The notes under the pieces were generated by a model. The model saw only the letters and a program-made list of their open reading frames with translations. It ran no database searches and was not told the DNA's origin. Below, one piece after another: positions 41,365 to 51,399 of a stretch of 64,000 nt of DNA. The first letter of the stretch is position 1; every line of letters starts with the position of its first letter. Source of the stretch: Kiritimatiellia bacterium (lineage in GTDB: Bacteria; Verrucomicrobiota; Kiritimatiellia; UBA8416; YA12-FULL-48-11); assembly GCA_028716365.1 (NCBI GenBank), contig JAQUPZ010000001.1, positions 839,393 through 903,392 of the forward strand, read 5' to 3'. The position numbers were made by a program, and so were the translations under genes.

Positions 41365-42956
41365 ATGAAAATCACGAAAAAATGATAGCTGAATTCATGA
41401 GCGGTGAAGGCTCCGGCAGGGAACTGCTTGAGCTGTGCCGTAAGGACAAGGCCCTTCTGAATGAGCTGGCTGAACTGACCGTGATGGAAAGACTGTTATC
41501 TCACCAGGCACAGGATTCGAGTTCCGAGCTTTTTGCCGCGGAAGTCAGAGCTATCCTGTCGCGCGGGGAAGAATCTGATTCTTTCGTGTTCGGGGTTCGG
41601 GACAGGCTTGCAAAAGAAAACCAAACGTTACCGGTAAGCAGGCTTTTCTGGTTGCCAAATATGTTGAAGCTGGCCGCGGCTGCGCTGATTGTTTTTTCAA
41701 TGTCCTATTGGATATATGTAAACCGCCCTGTTGCAGTCCTGGCAAATTCTGCTGCTGCCGACTGGACCGACAAAACCATAGGAATTGAGCAGGTATTCAA
41801 GCGCGGCATAGTTGATCTCAAAGCGGGTTGTGCGGAACTTAAGTTCCGGAATAATGTGATAGTTCTCCTCGAAGGGCCAGCCAGGCTCAGGATCAAATCG
41901 GCCGATCACGTGGTTTTGTATCAAGGCAACCTTGTGGCTGACGTACCGAAAAATGCAATCGGGTTTCGGGTGGACACGCCCACTTCCGAGGTGATTGATC
42001 TTGGCACAGTGTTTGGAGTTTCGGTTGACCAGAAGGGTGTTTCAGAGATTCATGTGATCAAGGGTAAAGTCAAGGCCAGGAAGAATGGAAATCAGTCCTT
42101 TGTTGATTTGACGGAGAACGAAGCCCGGTCTTTCAGCAGGGATGAGAATTTGGCCAGGATTATTGAGAGCAATATGGACAAGTTTCTAAGGGTGTTACCC
42201 GGTAAATCCGGGCGTAATCCGGCATATCTGCACTGGTCTTTCGATGAAGGACAGGGAACAGAGGCCGGTGAGAACCATGTCGGAAACAATACAACAAACT
42301 ATCCGGCACGTCTTAAGTCGCTCAAGGAAGATGGTGAAATTCCTGAATGGAACAATGGTCAGTTCGGCAACGCGCTTTATTTCAATGGAAGTACTGCATA
42401 TGCGGTCACCGATTATCCCGGCATAGGTGCAAATCATCCGCGAACGGTGGCGTTTTGGGTTAAAGTTCCCAAGCCTGATTCAATGACGCCTGTCTACGGA
42501 TTGGTAAGCTGGGGATCCATGGCGGATATTGGAAGCGCGTGGCAAATCTCCATCAATCCGACTGAAAAGGAAGGACCTCTGGGACGGTTAAGAATGGGTA
42601 CAAAACAAGCACAGGCAATCGGTACTACAGATCTTCGCGATAATCGCTGGCACCATATTGCCGTCGTGATGTATGGCGGAGAAACGGCTGATGTTTCAAC
42701 CCATATTTTGCTGTACATTGATGGCAAACTTGAAAAAACTTCCAGGAAATCCATTCACCGTATTTTTACGGATATCGAGAGCGGACTTGCGGTAACTGTC
42801 ATGTTCGGACGGGATATGGGGCATCCTCTTGATGACAGTAAGTTTTCGTATAACCTGTTCAAGGGCTGGCTGGATGAAGTCTATATTTTTGAAGCGGCTC
42901 TTTCACGTGAGCAGGTGGAATCGCTCATGAAAAATAACAGGGTGCCATCGGGGTGA
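41361..42956 (+). CDS. FecR-type anti-sigma factor with C-terminal LamG/concanavalin-like domain
   Basis: The start ATG overlaps the sigma stop (ATGA). It has an N-terminal anti-sigma region, one TM helix, a FecR domain (GFRVDTPTSEVIDLGTVFGVSVD) and a C-terminal LamG-like domain. Confidence 0.75.
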   Translation: MNENHEKMIAEFMSGEGSGRELLELCRKDKALLNELAELTVMERLLSHQAQDSSSELFAAEVRAILSRGEESDSFVFGVRDRLAKENQTLPVSRLFWLPNMLKLAAAALIVFSMSYWIYVNRPVAVLANSAAADWTDKTIGIEQVFKRGIVDLKAGCAELKFRNNVIVLLEGPARLRIKSADHVVLYQGNLVADVPKNAIGFRVDTPTSEVIDLGTVFGVSVDQKGVSEIHVIKGKVKARKNGNQSFVDLTENEARSFSRDENLARIIESNMDKFLRVLPGKSGRNPAYLHWSFDEGQGTEAGENHVGNNTTNYPARLKSLKEDGEIPEWNNGQFGNALYFNGSTAYAVTDYPGIGANHPRTVAFWVKVPKPDSMTPVYGLVSWGSMADIGSAWQISINPTEKEGPLGRLRMGTKQAQAIGTTDLRDNRWHHIAVVMYGGETADVSTHILLYIDGKLEKTSRKSIHRIFTDIESGLAVTVMFGRDMGHPLDDSKFSYNLFKGWLDEVYIFEAALSREQVESLMKNNRVPSG

Positions 42957-43048
42957 TTAGGAAGATACGCTGTTGACAGCGCACACTACAGAAGAAGATT
43001 ATCTGTAGAGTCGGCTGTCCACAGCCGAGAAAAAAGAGGGATAATACA

Positions 43049-45418
43049 ATGAAGAAATGTAGAACATTGCTGTTTATGATGGTTCTGGTTTGTTTGTCTG
43101 TTTATGGCGCTGATAAAAAAGATAGTAAAATTCAAATCAGCGGGATTTATCCGCACCTTGCGGCGTTCAGTACCAATGGAGAAGTCGGGATTGGCGCAGT
43201 TGTTCCGTGGGCCGGCAAATTGTGGACAATGACATATCCGCCGCATCATCCTGAAGGCGGCAGTGACAAACTGTATGAAATCGATGGTAATCTGAACATG
43301 ACCATCCGGCGCGAAAGCGTTGGCGGTACCCATGCCGGAAGGATGATACACAAGGAAAGTAACCAGCTGATAATGGGTCCGTATTTTATTGATGCATCAG
43401 GCAAGGTCCGCGCTGCTAATATTCATAAACTGCGCGGACGATTGACGGCCGTGGCGCGGCATCTGACCGATCCGGCCAACAAGGTGTATATCTATGACAT
43501 GGAAGGTGCAGTTTATGAGGTTGACGTCCACAGTCTTGCACCAAAGAAACTTTTTGACAGACCTGTACCCGGCTGGCATGGCAAGGGGGGATATACAGGA
43601 CAGGGCCGGCTGGTTATCGCCAATAACGGTGAAAGCCCTGCGGATAAAAAGAAATATACATACCTTGTCGGTGATGAAGCCAAGGAGCCGGAAGAAGCGG
43701 GAATACTGGCAGAGTGGGAAGGAAAGGATTGGAGGATAGTCGAAAGGCGCCAGTTCACGGATGTGACAGGGCCGGGTGGTATCTACGGTTCACCTGATGA
43801 CAAGAGTCCATTATGGAGTATCGGATGGGACAAACGTTCCGTCATCCTGAAACTGCTTGATGGCGGTAAATGGTCAACATTCCGCCTTCCGAAGGCGAGT
43901 CACAGCTATGATCCGAAACATGGCTGGTACACCGAATGGCCGCGTATTCGGGGAGCGGCAACAGGAAGATTGATGATGGACATGCATGGCATGTTTTATA
44001 ACTTTCCAGGCGGATTCTGTTCGTCACAAACAGGCGGGATAAGTCCCATTGCAAGTCATCTCCGTTATATCCCGGATTTCTGCGACTGGAACGGGAAGCT
44101 TGTTCTTGCCTCGGACGATACGTCGATCATGCAGAACCCGATGGCGGGAAAGTCGCAATCCAACCTGTGGTTTGGCCGTTTCGATGATCTGCCAACATTC
44201 GGTCCGCGATCGGGCTGGGGTGGTCCCTGGGTTGGCGATAATGTGAAGGCCGGGCAGGTATCCGATCCTTTCCTTATTAAAGGGTTCCATAATCGTGTGA
44301 TACATATTGCACATACAAGTGATGGCGAAGTTGAGTTCACATTTGAGAATGATAAAGCCGGTGACGGCAAGTGGCTGGAATATCAAAAAATCTCAGTACC
44401 GGCGCGTGGTTACCGGATGCATATTTTCATGAAAGATTTTGATGCCAGCTGGATCCGCGTGAAAGCAGACAAGGATTGTAAAGCCACGGTTTATTTTCAT
44501 TATTCTTCACCGCGTGACACATCCAAAGATGACGAACCGATATTTGAATCTCTCGCGACAATAAATGATTCTTCAGTTGGCTGTGCGGGAATTATTCGTC
44601 CATCCAAGGCCAATAATAATCTTGAGTTTGTTGTATCGACGAAAGGAGAGGATGCCGGCGGTTATGAAGTGAACGAGAAGATGGAAATGATCCCCGGCGG
44701 GGAAAGGGTAATTGCCGCGGTGAAAGAGGTTGCCCAGATCAAGAAAGAACTCGAGGTTGATGATGCATCAGGTATCATGACTCTGAAAGACAAGCGGTAT
44801 CGCATCCCGGTCAGTGATCCAAAATATGGCAAGCCTTTTGAGTTTGGATTGTCACGTTGTATACGGGAGTGTGTTTCCGAACGCTATCTGTTCAATGCCT
44901 GCGGCACTTTTTATGAAATGCCGCGTGACAGTGGATTGCCGTTGATCAAACCTGTTGCGACTCATAACCGGCAGATCATGGATTTCTGTACATGGCGCGG
45001 GCTTATGGTTTTAAGTGGAACAAAAGCCGGTGCCAAGGCGGATGGCCATTATTTTGGTTCTGCCGATGGCAAGGCCGGATTATGGTTTGGATCAATTGAT
45101 GATCTCTGGCGGCTGGGTAAACCGGTCGGTAAAGGCGGACCCTGGAAAAATGCCGATGTACAGGCGAACAAACCATCTGATCCCTACCTCATGACCGGCT
45201 ATGACAGGAAGAAGGTGGAGATAACATCCGACAAAGACGCCAATATAACGCTTGAGGTGGATTTCGATCATCAGAGCGGCTGGCACAAATATCTGACTTT
45301 CAAAGTAAAGCCGGGCAAAACGTCCAAACATGAATTTTCGGAAGGGTTTTCGGCACACTGGATACGTGCAGTCTCCGATACCGACTGTAAGGCCACAGTC
45401 TGGTTAGTTTATGAGTAG
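43049..45418 (+). CDS. Secreted hypothetical protein with an internal tandem duplication of a ~150-aa domain
   Basis: A signal peptide is present. Two repeats both end in WIR(V/A)xxDxDCKATV(Y/W). Confidence 0.6.
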   Translation: MKKCRTLLFMMVLVCLSVYGADKKDSKIQISGIYPHLAAFSTNGEVGIGAVVPWAGKLWTMTYPPHHPEGGSDKLYEIDGNLNMTIRRESVGGTHAGRMIHKESNQLIMGPYFIDASGKVRAANIHKLRGRLTAVARHLTDPANKVYIYDMEGAVYEVDVHSLAPKKLFDRPVPGWHGKGGYTGQGRLVIANNGESPADKKKYTYLVGDEAKEPEEAGILAEWEGKDWRIVERRQFTDVTGPGGIYGSPDDKSPLWSIGWDKRSVILKLLDGGKWSTFRLPKASHSYDPKHGWYTEWPRIRGAATGRLMMDMHGMFYNFPGGFCSSQTGGISPIASHLRYIPDFCDWNGKLVLASDDTSIMQNPMAGKSQSNLWFGRFDDLPTFGPRSGWGGPWVGDNVKAGQVSDPFLIKGFHNRVIHIAHTSDGEVEFTFENDKAGDGKWLEYQKISVPARGYRMHIFMKDFDASWIRVKADKDCKATVYFHYSSPRDTSKDDEPIFESLATINDSSVGCAGIIRPSKANNNLEFVVSTKGEDAGGYEVNEKMEMIPGGERVIAAVKEVAQIKKELEVDDASGIMTLKDKRYRIPVSDPKYGKPFEFGLSRCIRECVSERYLFNACGTFYEMPRDSGLPLIKPVATHNRQIMDFCTWRGLMVLSGTKAGAKADGHYFGSADGKAGLWFGSIDDLWRLGKPVGKGGPWKNADVQANKPSDPYLMTGYDRKKVEITSDKDANITLEVDFDHQSGWHKYLTFKVKPGKTSKHEFSEGFSAHWIRAVSDTDCKATVWLVYE

Positions 45419-45432
45419 GAAGGAGAAACAGT

Positions 45433-46005
45433 ATGAGTAAATTTGTTGCTGGTATGGTTTGGGTGGTTTTCCTTTGCCTTTCCTGTGCCTGGGCAGGTGA
45501 CAATACCGAAATGAAAATTCAGAATCTTGTTGCCGTGTCCGGAAAAGTCTATGTCAGTGGTGTTGGTAATTTTAAAGCTGGAATGAAGCAGTATATTGAT
45601 AGGGACTACATCTTTGACTACATACCGGCTTTTCTTCAGGGTGCCACTCATATTCTAACTGCCGGCAATGACAAGTTCATTGACGAAGAAAAACCATGTT
45701 TAAGCTTCGAAGTAAATATTCCTGTCTCCGTTTACATTGTTTATGGCGACAAACTGCGTGTTATTCCCTCATGGCTGAAGGAATTTGAGGATACGCGATG
45801 GAAAGTAACGCGAAAAGACTCCAATGCCACTACTTTGAAGGGTATTTTTACGCTTTTCCGGAAAGATTTTTCTGCTGGAAAAATTACTCTGAATGGGAAC
45901 CTGTCGAAGGCAATGGCAAATGACCCGGAATTCAAGAAGATGAAGGGTGGTACCTTTTGCATGTATACTGTTGTCGTTGTCCCTAAAAGCAGCCGTCAGG
46001 AGTAG
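45433..46005 (+). CDS. Small secreted hypothetical protein
   Basis: A signal peptide is present (cleavage after AWA). A good SD (GGAGGAG-like) lies upstream. Confidence 0.5.
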   Translation: MSKFVAGMVWVVFLCLSCAWAGDNTEMKIQNLVAVSGKVYVSGVGNFKAGMKQYIDRDYIFDYIPAFLQGATHILTAGNDKFIDEEKPCLSFEVNIPVSVYIVYGDKLRVIPSWLKEFEDTRWKVTRKDSNATTLKGIFTLFRKDFSAGKITLNGNLSKAMANDPEFKKMKGGTFCMYTVVVVPKSSRQE

Positions 46006-46077
46006 TGTGGTTTAGTTGCTGAAGTTTTGTTCATCATGATTGATATACAGTTTCGAAATGAGTAAAGAGGAGAAAAA

Positions 46078-47928
46078 ATGAACCGAAGAGATTTTCTTAA
46101 AAGTGTTGGTTTGGCTGTTGTTGCACTTCCTCAGATTGGCATTTCTGCGTCAGGATCAACATCAGTTCTGATAGAAGCTGAAAGTTTTCAGGATCCGGGC
46201 GGGTGGGGGCTGGATCAGCAGTTCATGGACCAGATGGGTTCTCCTTATTTATTGGCTCATGGACTTGGAAATCCCGTCAAGGATGCTGTGACGACGGTCA
46301 AATTTCCTGAAACTGGTGAATACAAGGTATGGGTGCGGACAAAAGACTGGGTAGGCCAGTGGAAAACACCTGACACACCAGAAGTTTTAAAAGCAAAAGG
46401 TACCCCGGGCGAATTCCAGATAATTGTTAATGGCAAAACGCTTCCTGCAATATTTGGTAATGAAGGTGCGGAATGGCACTGGCAGGATGGCGGAAAAATT
46501 ACAATCAGCGGGAAAAAAGCGTCACTGGCATTACATGACCTTACGGGTTTTGATGGCCGGTGTGAAGCAATACTGTTTACGACGGACGAAAAACTTGTAC
46601 CGCCGAATACCGGAAAGGAGATGGCGGAGTTTCGCAGGCAGCTTCTTGGCCTGCCTGGCAAACCTCAGAATGCGGGAAAGTTTGATCTTGTCGTTGTAGG
46701 TGGCGGAATTGCGGGAACCTGTGCGGCGCTTTCCGCAGCAAGACTCGGCCTGACTGTCGCGCTTATCCAGGATCGTCCCGTTCTCGGAGGCAATAACAGT
46801 TCTGAAGTTCGCGTCTGGTTGAGCGGTGAGGTCAATAAAGAGCCGTATCCAAGGATTGGTGACATTGTAAAAGAACTTGACCAGAAAAGAAGGGGACATC
46901 CCGGCACGGGGGATATGTACGAGGATGAAAAGAAACTTTCGCTTGTTAAATCAGAAAAGAAAATAAAACTGTTTATTGATTTCAGGGCAAATGAGGTCCA
47001 GGTGGATTCCGGCGGAATCAAGACCGTGGTTGCACAGAACACGCGGACCGGCCGCAAAATGAGTTTTAAAGGGAAATTTTTTGCGGACTGTACGGGCGAT
47101 GCGATAATAGGTGTCCTTGCCGGTGCTGATCATGAGACCAGGATGAAGGATCACATGGGGCCAAGCAACTTATGGAATGCAAAAGACACAGGCAGTCCTG
47201 TGACTTTCCCGCGATGTCCCTGGGCGCTGGACCTGAGTACGAAACCTTTCCCGGGTCGCGGTCAAGGTTCGGCCCAGTGGTCAAAAAAAGGTGTTGATAG
47301 TCTGGGTCGATGGTTCTGGGAAACGGGATTCGACTGGGACCCTATTAAGGACAGGGAAAAAATGCGTGACTGGAACATGCGGGCGATGTTCGGGGCCTGG
47401 GATGCGTTGAAGAATGTTGATAAACTCTATCCGAACCATGTTCTCGAATGGTCGGCATACATTTCCGGTCCGCGTGAGTCACGCCAGATTCTTGGTGATG
47501 TTATTCTGAACAGGGAAGACCTTGTCAACAGCAGGAAATGGGATGATGGTTGTTTTCCATGTACCTGGAGCATTGATCTTCACACGCCGCATCTTGCATA
47601 CCAGAAAGGGTTTGAAGGGAATGAATTCATCTCACAGTGTACCGGTGATAAGTTCCCGCGTCCCTACTGGGCACCGTACCGGTGTCTTTACAGCCGCAAT
47701 ATCCCAAATCTTTTCATGGCAGGTCGCGATATCAGCGTGACACATGACGCTCTCGGTGTTGTCCGTGTAATGCGTACCTGCGGCGCAATGGGTGAAATTG
47801 TCGGCATGGCTGCTTCACTGTGCAAAAAACACAGCGCAACACCTCGTGATGTTTACCAGAAATACCTGGAAGAATTGAAACAACTCATGGCAAAAGGGAC
47901 GGGTAAGGTGGAACCTGCGAAACCATAA
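46078..47928 (+). CDS. Tat-exported FAD-dependent oxidoreductase (PF12831-like) with N-terminal beta-sandwich domain
   Basis: A twin-arginine motif (RRDFLKS) is present. The FAD motif DLVVVGGGIAGTCAALSAARLG is present. Confidence 0.7.
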   Translation: MNRRDFLKSVGLAVVALPQIGISASGSTSVLIEAESFQDPGGWGLDQQFMDQMGSPYLLAHGLGNPVKDAVTTVKFPETGEYKVWVRTKDWVGQWKTPDTPEVLKAKGTPGEFQIIVNGKTLPAIFGNEGAEWHWQDGGKITISGKKASLALHDLTGFDGRCEAILFTTDEKLVPPNTGKEMAEFRRQLLGLPGKPQNAGKFDLVVVGGGIAGTCAALSAARLGLTVALIQDRPVLGGNNSSEVRVWLSGEVNKEPYPRIGDIVKELDQKRRGHPGTGDMYEDEKKLSLVKSEKKIKLFIDFRANEVQVDSGGIKTVVAQNTRTGRKMSFKGKFFADCTGDAIIGVLAGADHETRMKDHMGPSNLWNAKDTGSPVTFPRCPWALDLSTKPFPGRGQGSAQWSKKGVDSLGRWFWETGFDWDPIKDREKMRDWNMRAMFGAWDALKNVDKLYPNHVLEWSAYISGPRESRQILGDVILNREDLVNSRKWDDGCFPCTWSIDLHTPHLAYQKGFEGNEFISQCTGDKFPRPYWAPYRCLYSRNIPNLFMAGRDISVTHDALGVVRVMRTCGAMGEIVGMAASLCKKHSATPRDVYQKYLEELKQLMAKGTGKVEPAKP

Positions 47929-48029
47929 GCCGGTAAATTGGGCAAAGAACAGAACTGATTACGAGTTGTATTTTTCGAAATAGATGCCAGTCTATGTAAA
48001 AAAGTGCATTCTTTCACCGAGGTGATATT

Positions 48030-50609
48030 ATGCTGGCATTCAGAATGAGTATTTTGATTTTCTGCTTTTTCTTTCCCGTTCTGCGTTTGTGTGCCGCTAT
48101 TCAAGGTCTGCCGGCAAAACCCTGGGACGATCTCCCGACAGACCGGCCTAGAACGCAACAGATTGTTGTTACCACCAGTCCAAAACAATACGAGATTGTG
48201 ATGGACTCAACCGTGGACGGAGTCATGACCAGGATGCCCGTCGGATATTCCGCCTTCCATCAGGGCTGGCAGCCAAACCGTTTCGTCCGGCTTGAAAACA
48301 TAGGTGACACCGATGTCATCAACCCCTGGCTCACAATCAATGGCAAACGCAAGTGGCGCTCTCTTCAGGAACTGACCAGGGAAGCCACAGGCAGTTATCA
48401 AACGGATGCGGACAAGGCGCGTGCTGTCTATGAATTTACACGTCAGCACCGTTTCCATGCATGTACTTGGGATAGAGAAGTTGACGATGCTGTTAAGGTC
48501 TTCAACGTTTACGGCTACACGCTTTGCGGTGATGATGCTCAGGTGATCGCAGACCTGTGGAAAGCAGCAGGTCTTCAAACGCGCCGCGGCTACCCGGTTG
48601 GACATTGTGTCTCTGAAGTGTTTTATGACGGTGATTTCCATTTGATGGATGGAGATGAACACGGTATCTACCTGAAACGGGATAACCAGACTGTAGCGTC
48701 CGAAGCGGAAGTGGTGCATGACCACGATTTGATGAAGCGGACACACACTTACGGCATACTGTCCGGCGACAGTCCGCAGACAGATGAATTTTCTGCATCG
48801 CTTTTCGGATACGAGGGGAAACGCGAAGGTTCAAATGGCGGTTATACCAGGCATGTCATGGCTTTCACGCTGCGGCCGGGCGAATCTATTGAGTGGAGGT
48901 GGGACCACATCGGCAAGCAGTATAGCGCGGGTACGGTAACGGCGGATGGTAAATGGCATAAGGATGGGGAAGGAGACTTGGCCATCTGGGGTGATATCTT
49001 CTATTCCAAAATGCGCAATGGCAGGACGGTCTATCAACCGGATCTGACAAAAGATATTGCCCGGCGCGGTATGATGGATGCTGTTGGCCTTGCGGTGCCG
49101 GGCTTGACCGGTCTGACTCCTGTAACAGCCGGTAAAGTGGCATCCGCCACCTGGCAGGTTGCCACAGCGTATGTGACCGTTGGCGGCAAAGTCACTACCC
49201 GGTTCAAACGGGCAGGCATCGCGGACAAGATTTCTGTAAGTCTCTCCCGTGACGGAAAAGACTGGCAAACTGTTTGGGAAGCGAAGGACCAGACGGGAGT
49301 GTTTCCTGTCGAGCTTGTCCTGGATGATCGTCTTTCTCCGCGTGCGAAGCCGCAATACGCCTATCGCGTCCGGATTGATATGACTGCAGCCGTGAATCCC
49401 GCTGATGTTGTCCTGGAAAAAATATTATTCGAGACGGATTTGCAGATGGCGGCACTGGGTCTGCCGGAATTGGAGGTTGGAAAGAACAGCGTTGAATACA
49501 CAGACGAAACACCGGGCCTCCGAAAAGTCAGCATTACGCATAACTGGCTCGAACGTACTGCATGGCAGCCGCCGGCGGCGCCGGTTCCAGAATTACCTGC
49601 TGACGGTGCCACTGTCGACGGTACACAGGTATCCCTGCGCTGGCAGCCGGCAGGGCATCCTGCAGGGACGGCAATTTCCGATTACCGCGTACAGGTCAGC
49701 GCATTTGCCGACATGCGCTGGGTACTCTCGCCCAACTTCGACAAGATCGTATCGAAAACTGCTTCCAAAGAAAAAACCGGGTGGGCTGTGCCTTTCATTG
49801 GATTATTGAACCCTGCTGTTCCCTACTACTGGCGGGTTTGTGCAAAAGATGCCAATGGTGTGTGGGGTCCGTGGAGCAAGGTGTCAAGTTTCTTGTGTGA
49901 TGCGCCGGGTGTTCCGATTCTTGTCAGGGCAATAGCGGACCAGGTTGGTCACACTGTTACATTGACATGGGAGCCGAGTCCCGGGGGTACAACCCCAGTC
50001 GAATATAGGGTTTATGCCAGTGATGAAAAAGGATTCTCCATCAGTGATGTTGAATACAAAGTGCGTATGGGCCGGGGATTTTGCAGGGACATGGCCGAAT
50101 ACAAGGCCAGGGAAAAGGTGAATGAATATATTGCGACTCCCGCAAATTTCCTTGCCGCAACGAAAGAACGGACAATGATTGTCGCGGGACCGGACCTGAC
50201 TGTACAAAATGCAAACAAGTGTTTCTACCGTGTGGTTGCCGTTGATAAGAGCGGATTACGCAGTGGCGCTTCCGAATATGCCGAGGCGCCTCATCCTTTT
50301 ATCTACACAAAGCCGGTCACCCGTCTTGTCAAGGGTCAGGCGTTCGATTACCAACCCCGCGTCTTGCGCTCCATTGGAGACTTGCGATGCAAGGATGGAT
50401 ACAATGCCGCTTTCTGGAACCGTGAGATATTGACATTCTCTCTCGCCAGGGCGCCAGTCTGGATGACAGTGGACTCACAGACTGGACATATTTCCAGTAC
50501 TCCGCCGCAAAATGCCGCGGGCAGTCACGAAGTTGTACTCAAGATCGTCAATGACAAGGGTAGCACCGCTGAGCAATCCTTTGTTCTTGATGTGACTCCA
50601 GCTAGGTGA
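48030..50609 (+). CDS. Secreted transglutaminase-like cysteine-protease-fold protein with C-terminal FN3/Ig-like (He_PIG-type) domains
   Basis: A signal peptide is present. A Cys...His...Asp core is present (GYTLCGDDAQ...GHCVSEVFYDGDFHLMD). The C-terminal repeats are beta-sandwich-like. Confidence 0.6.
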   Translation: MLAFRMSILIFCFFFPVLRLCAAIQGLPAKPWDDLPTDRPRTQQIVVTTSPKQYEIVMDSTVDGVMTRMPVGYSAFHQGWQPNRFVRLENIGDTDVINPWLTINGKRKWRSLQELTREATGSYQTDADKARAVYEFTRQHRFHACTWDREVDDAVKVFNVYGYTLCGDDAQVIADLWKAAGLQTRRGYPVGHCVSEVFYDGDFHLMDGDEHGIYLKRDNQTVASEAEVVHDHDLMKRTHTYGILSGDSPQTDEFSASLFGYEGKREGSNGGYTRHVMAFTLRPGESIEWRWDHIGKQYSAGTVTADGKWHKDGEGDLAIWGDIFYSKMRNGRTVYQPDLTKDIARRGMMDAVGLAVPGLTGLTPVTAGKVASATWQVATAYVTVGGKVTTRFKRAGIADKISVSLSRDGKDWQTVWEAKDQTGVFPVELVLDDRLSPRAKPQYAYRVRIDMTAAVNPADVVLEKILFETDLQMAALGLPELEVGKNSVEYTDETPGLRKVSITHNWLERTAWQPPAAPVPELPADGATVDGTQVSLRWQPAGHPAGTAISDYRVQVSAFADMRWVLSPNFDKIVSKTASKEKTGWAVPFIGLLNPAVPYYWRVCAKDANGVWGPWSKVSSFLCDAPGVPILVRAIADQVGHTVTLTWEPSPGGTTPVEYRVYASDEKGFSISDVEYKVRMGRGFCRDMAEYKAREKVNEYIATPANFLAATKERTMIVAGPDLTVQNANKCFYRVVAVDKSGLRSGASEYAEAPHPFIYTKPVTRLVKGQAFDYQPRVLRSIGDLRCKDGYNAAFWNREILTFSLARAPVWMTVDSQTGHISSTPPQNAAGSHEVVLKIVNDKGSTAEQSFVLDVTPAR

Positions 50610-50779
50610 GAAAGTTTTATTGACGGAATGCAGGTCTTGATTCCCTCGAACCTACCGTAAAGACCGGGATATGGAAAAGGTATAGAATCTTTTCTGAAAG
50701 TATCGTTGGACTGACGGTCATTTTCACCGTTTCGAGTCCGCCGAGGACGAAGAATACGGTGCAAAAACTTGTTTGAAAA

Positions 50780-51220
50780 TCAGTTGTTTTTCTTTGATGC
50801 CATAACTTTATATATTCCAGCGATGGATATGAGAAGTCCGGCGATGCATGTTCCGTAGAACGCTGGAGATCCCGGTTCAATGGGCCACTGGCCGCCAACT
50901 TGACCTGCGCGATTGATGTATGGTTGCCCTCCTGACGAACCGAAGAAAACGCCACCAACTGCAAAACACGCAAGAACAACTCCGATAACAATCATGACGA
51001 TACCGAAAGACTTACCAGGATTCTGATTCTTCTTTGGGTCAACTCCTAGCCACATCATCAATTCCTTTATTTCTTCTGATTTCCAACTTATAGATAACCC
51101 GCACGCATCCCAGAGGGCAGTGTCGGATTCATCTATGATGCAGTCTATTTTAGACGGGTTCCTATTTATGGCAAGCATCAAACAGGGTGAATTTGACGGC
51201 TTTGATAAGAATGAGATCAA
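50780..51220 (-). CDS. Small hypothetical membrane protein (start uncertain, TTG/ATG)
   Basis: Two hydrophobic helices lie in the C-terminal half. It sits in a lower-GC 0.8-kb gap. The true start may be the internal Met (MMWLG...). Confidence 0.3.
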   Translation of the reverse strand: MISFLSKPSNSPCLMLAINRNPSKIDCIIDESDTALWDACGLSISWKSEEIKELMMWLGVDPKKNQNPGKSFGIVMIVIGVVLACFAVGGVFFGSSGGQPYINRAGQVGGQWPIEPGSPAFYGTCIAGLLISIAGIYKVMASKKNN

Positions 51221-51399
51221 CTTCCTTTTTACGTTGAAGATTTGGTAGGGCGGCGAGTCCCTTCGCCGCCGTCCGGAAAGAAGATGGCGCTCAACGGAGT
51301 GAACGCCCTACCTTTAGAAGATAGAGAAATCTGGCATTTCGCAGACATTCTGTCTTATATTGCCAATCTAAATAGCGTCATTGAATAGGAGATTTAAAC

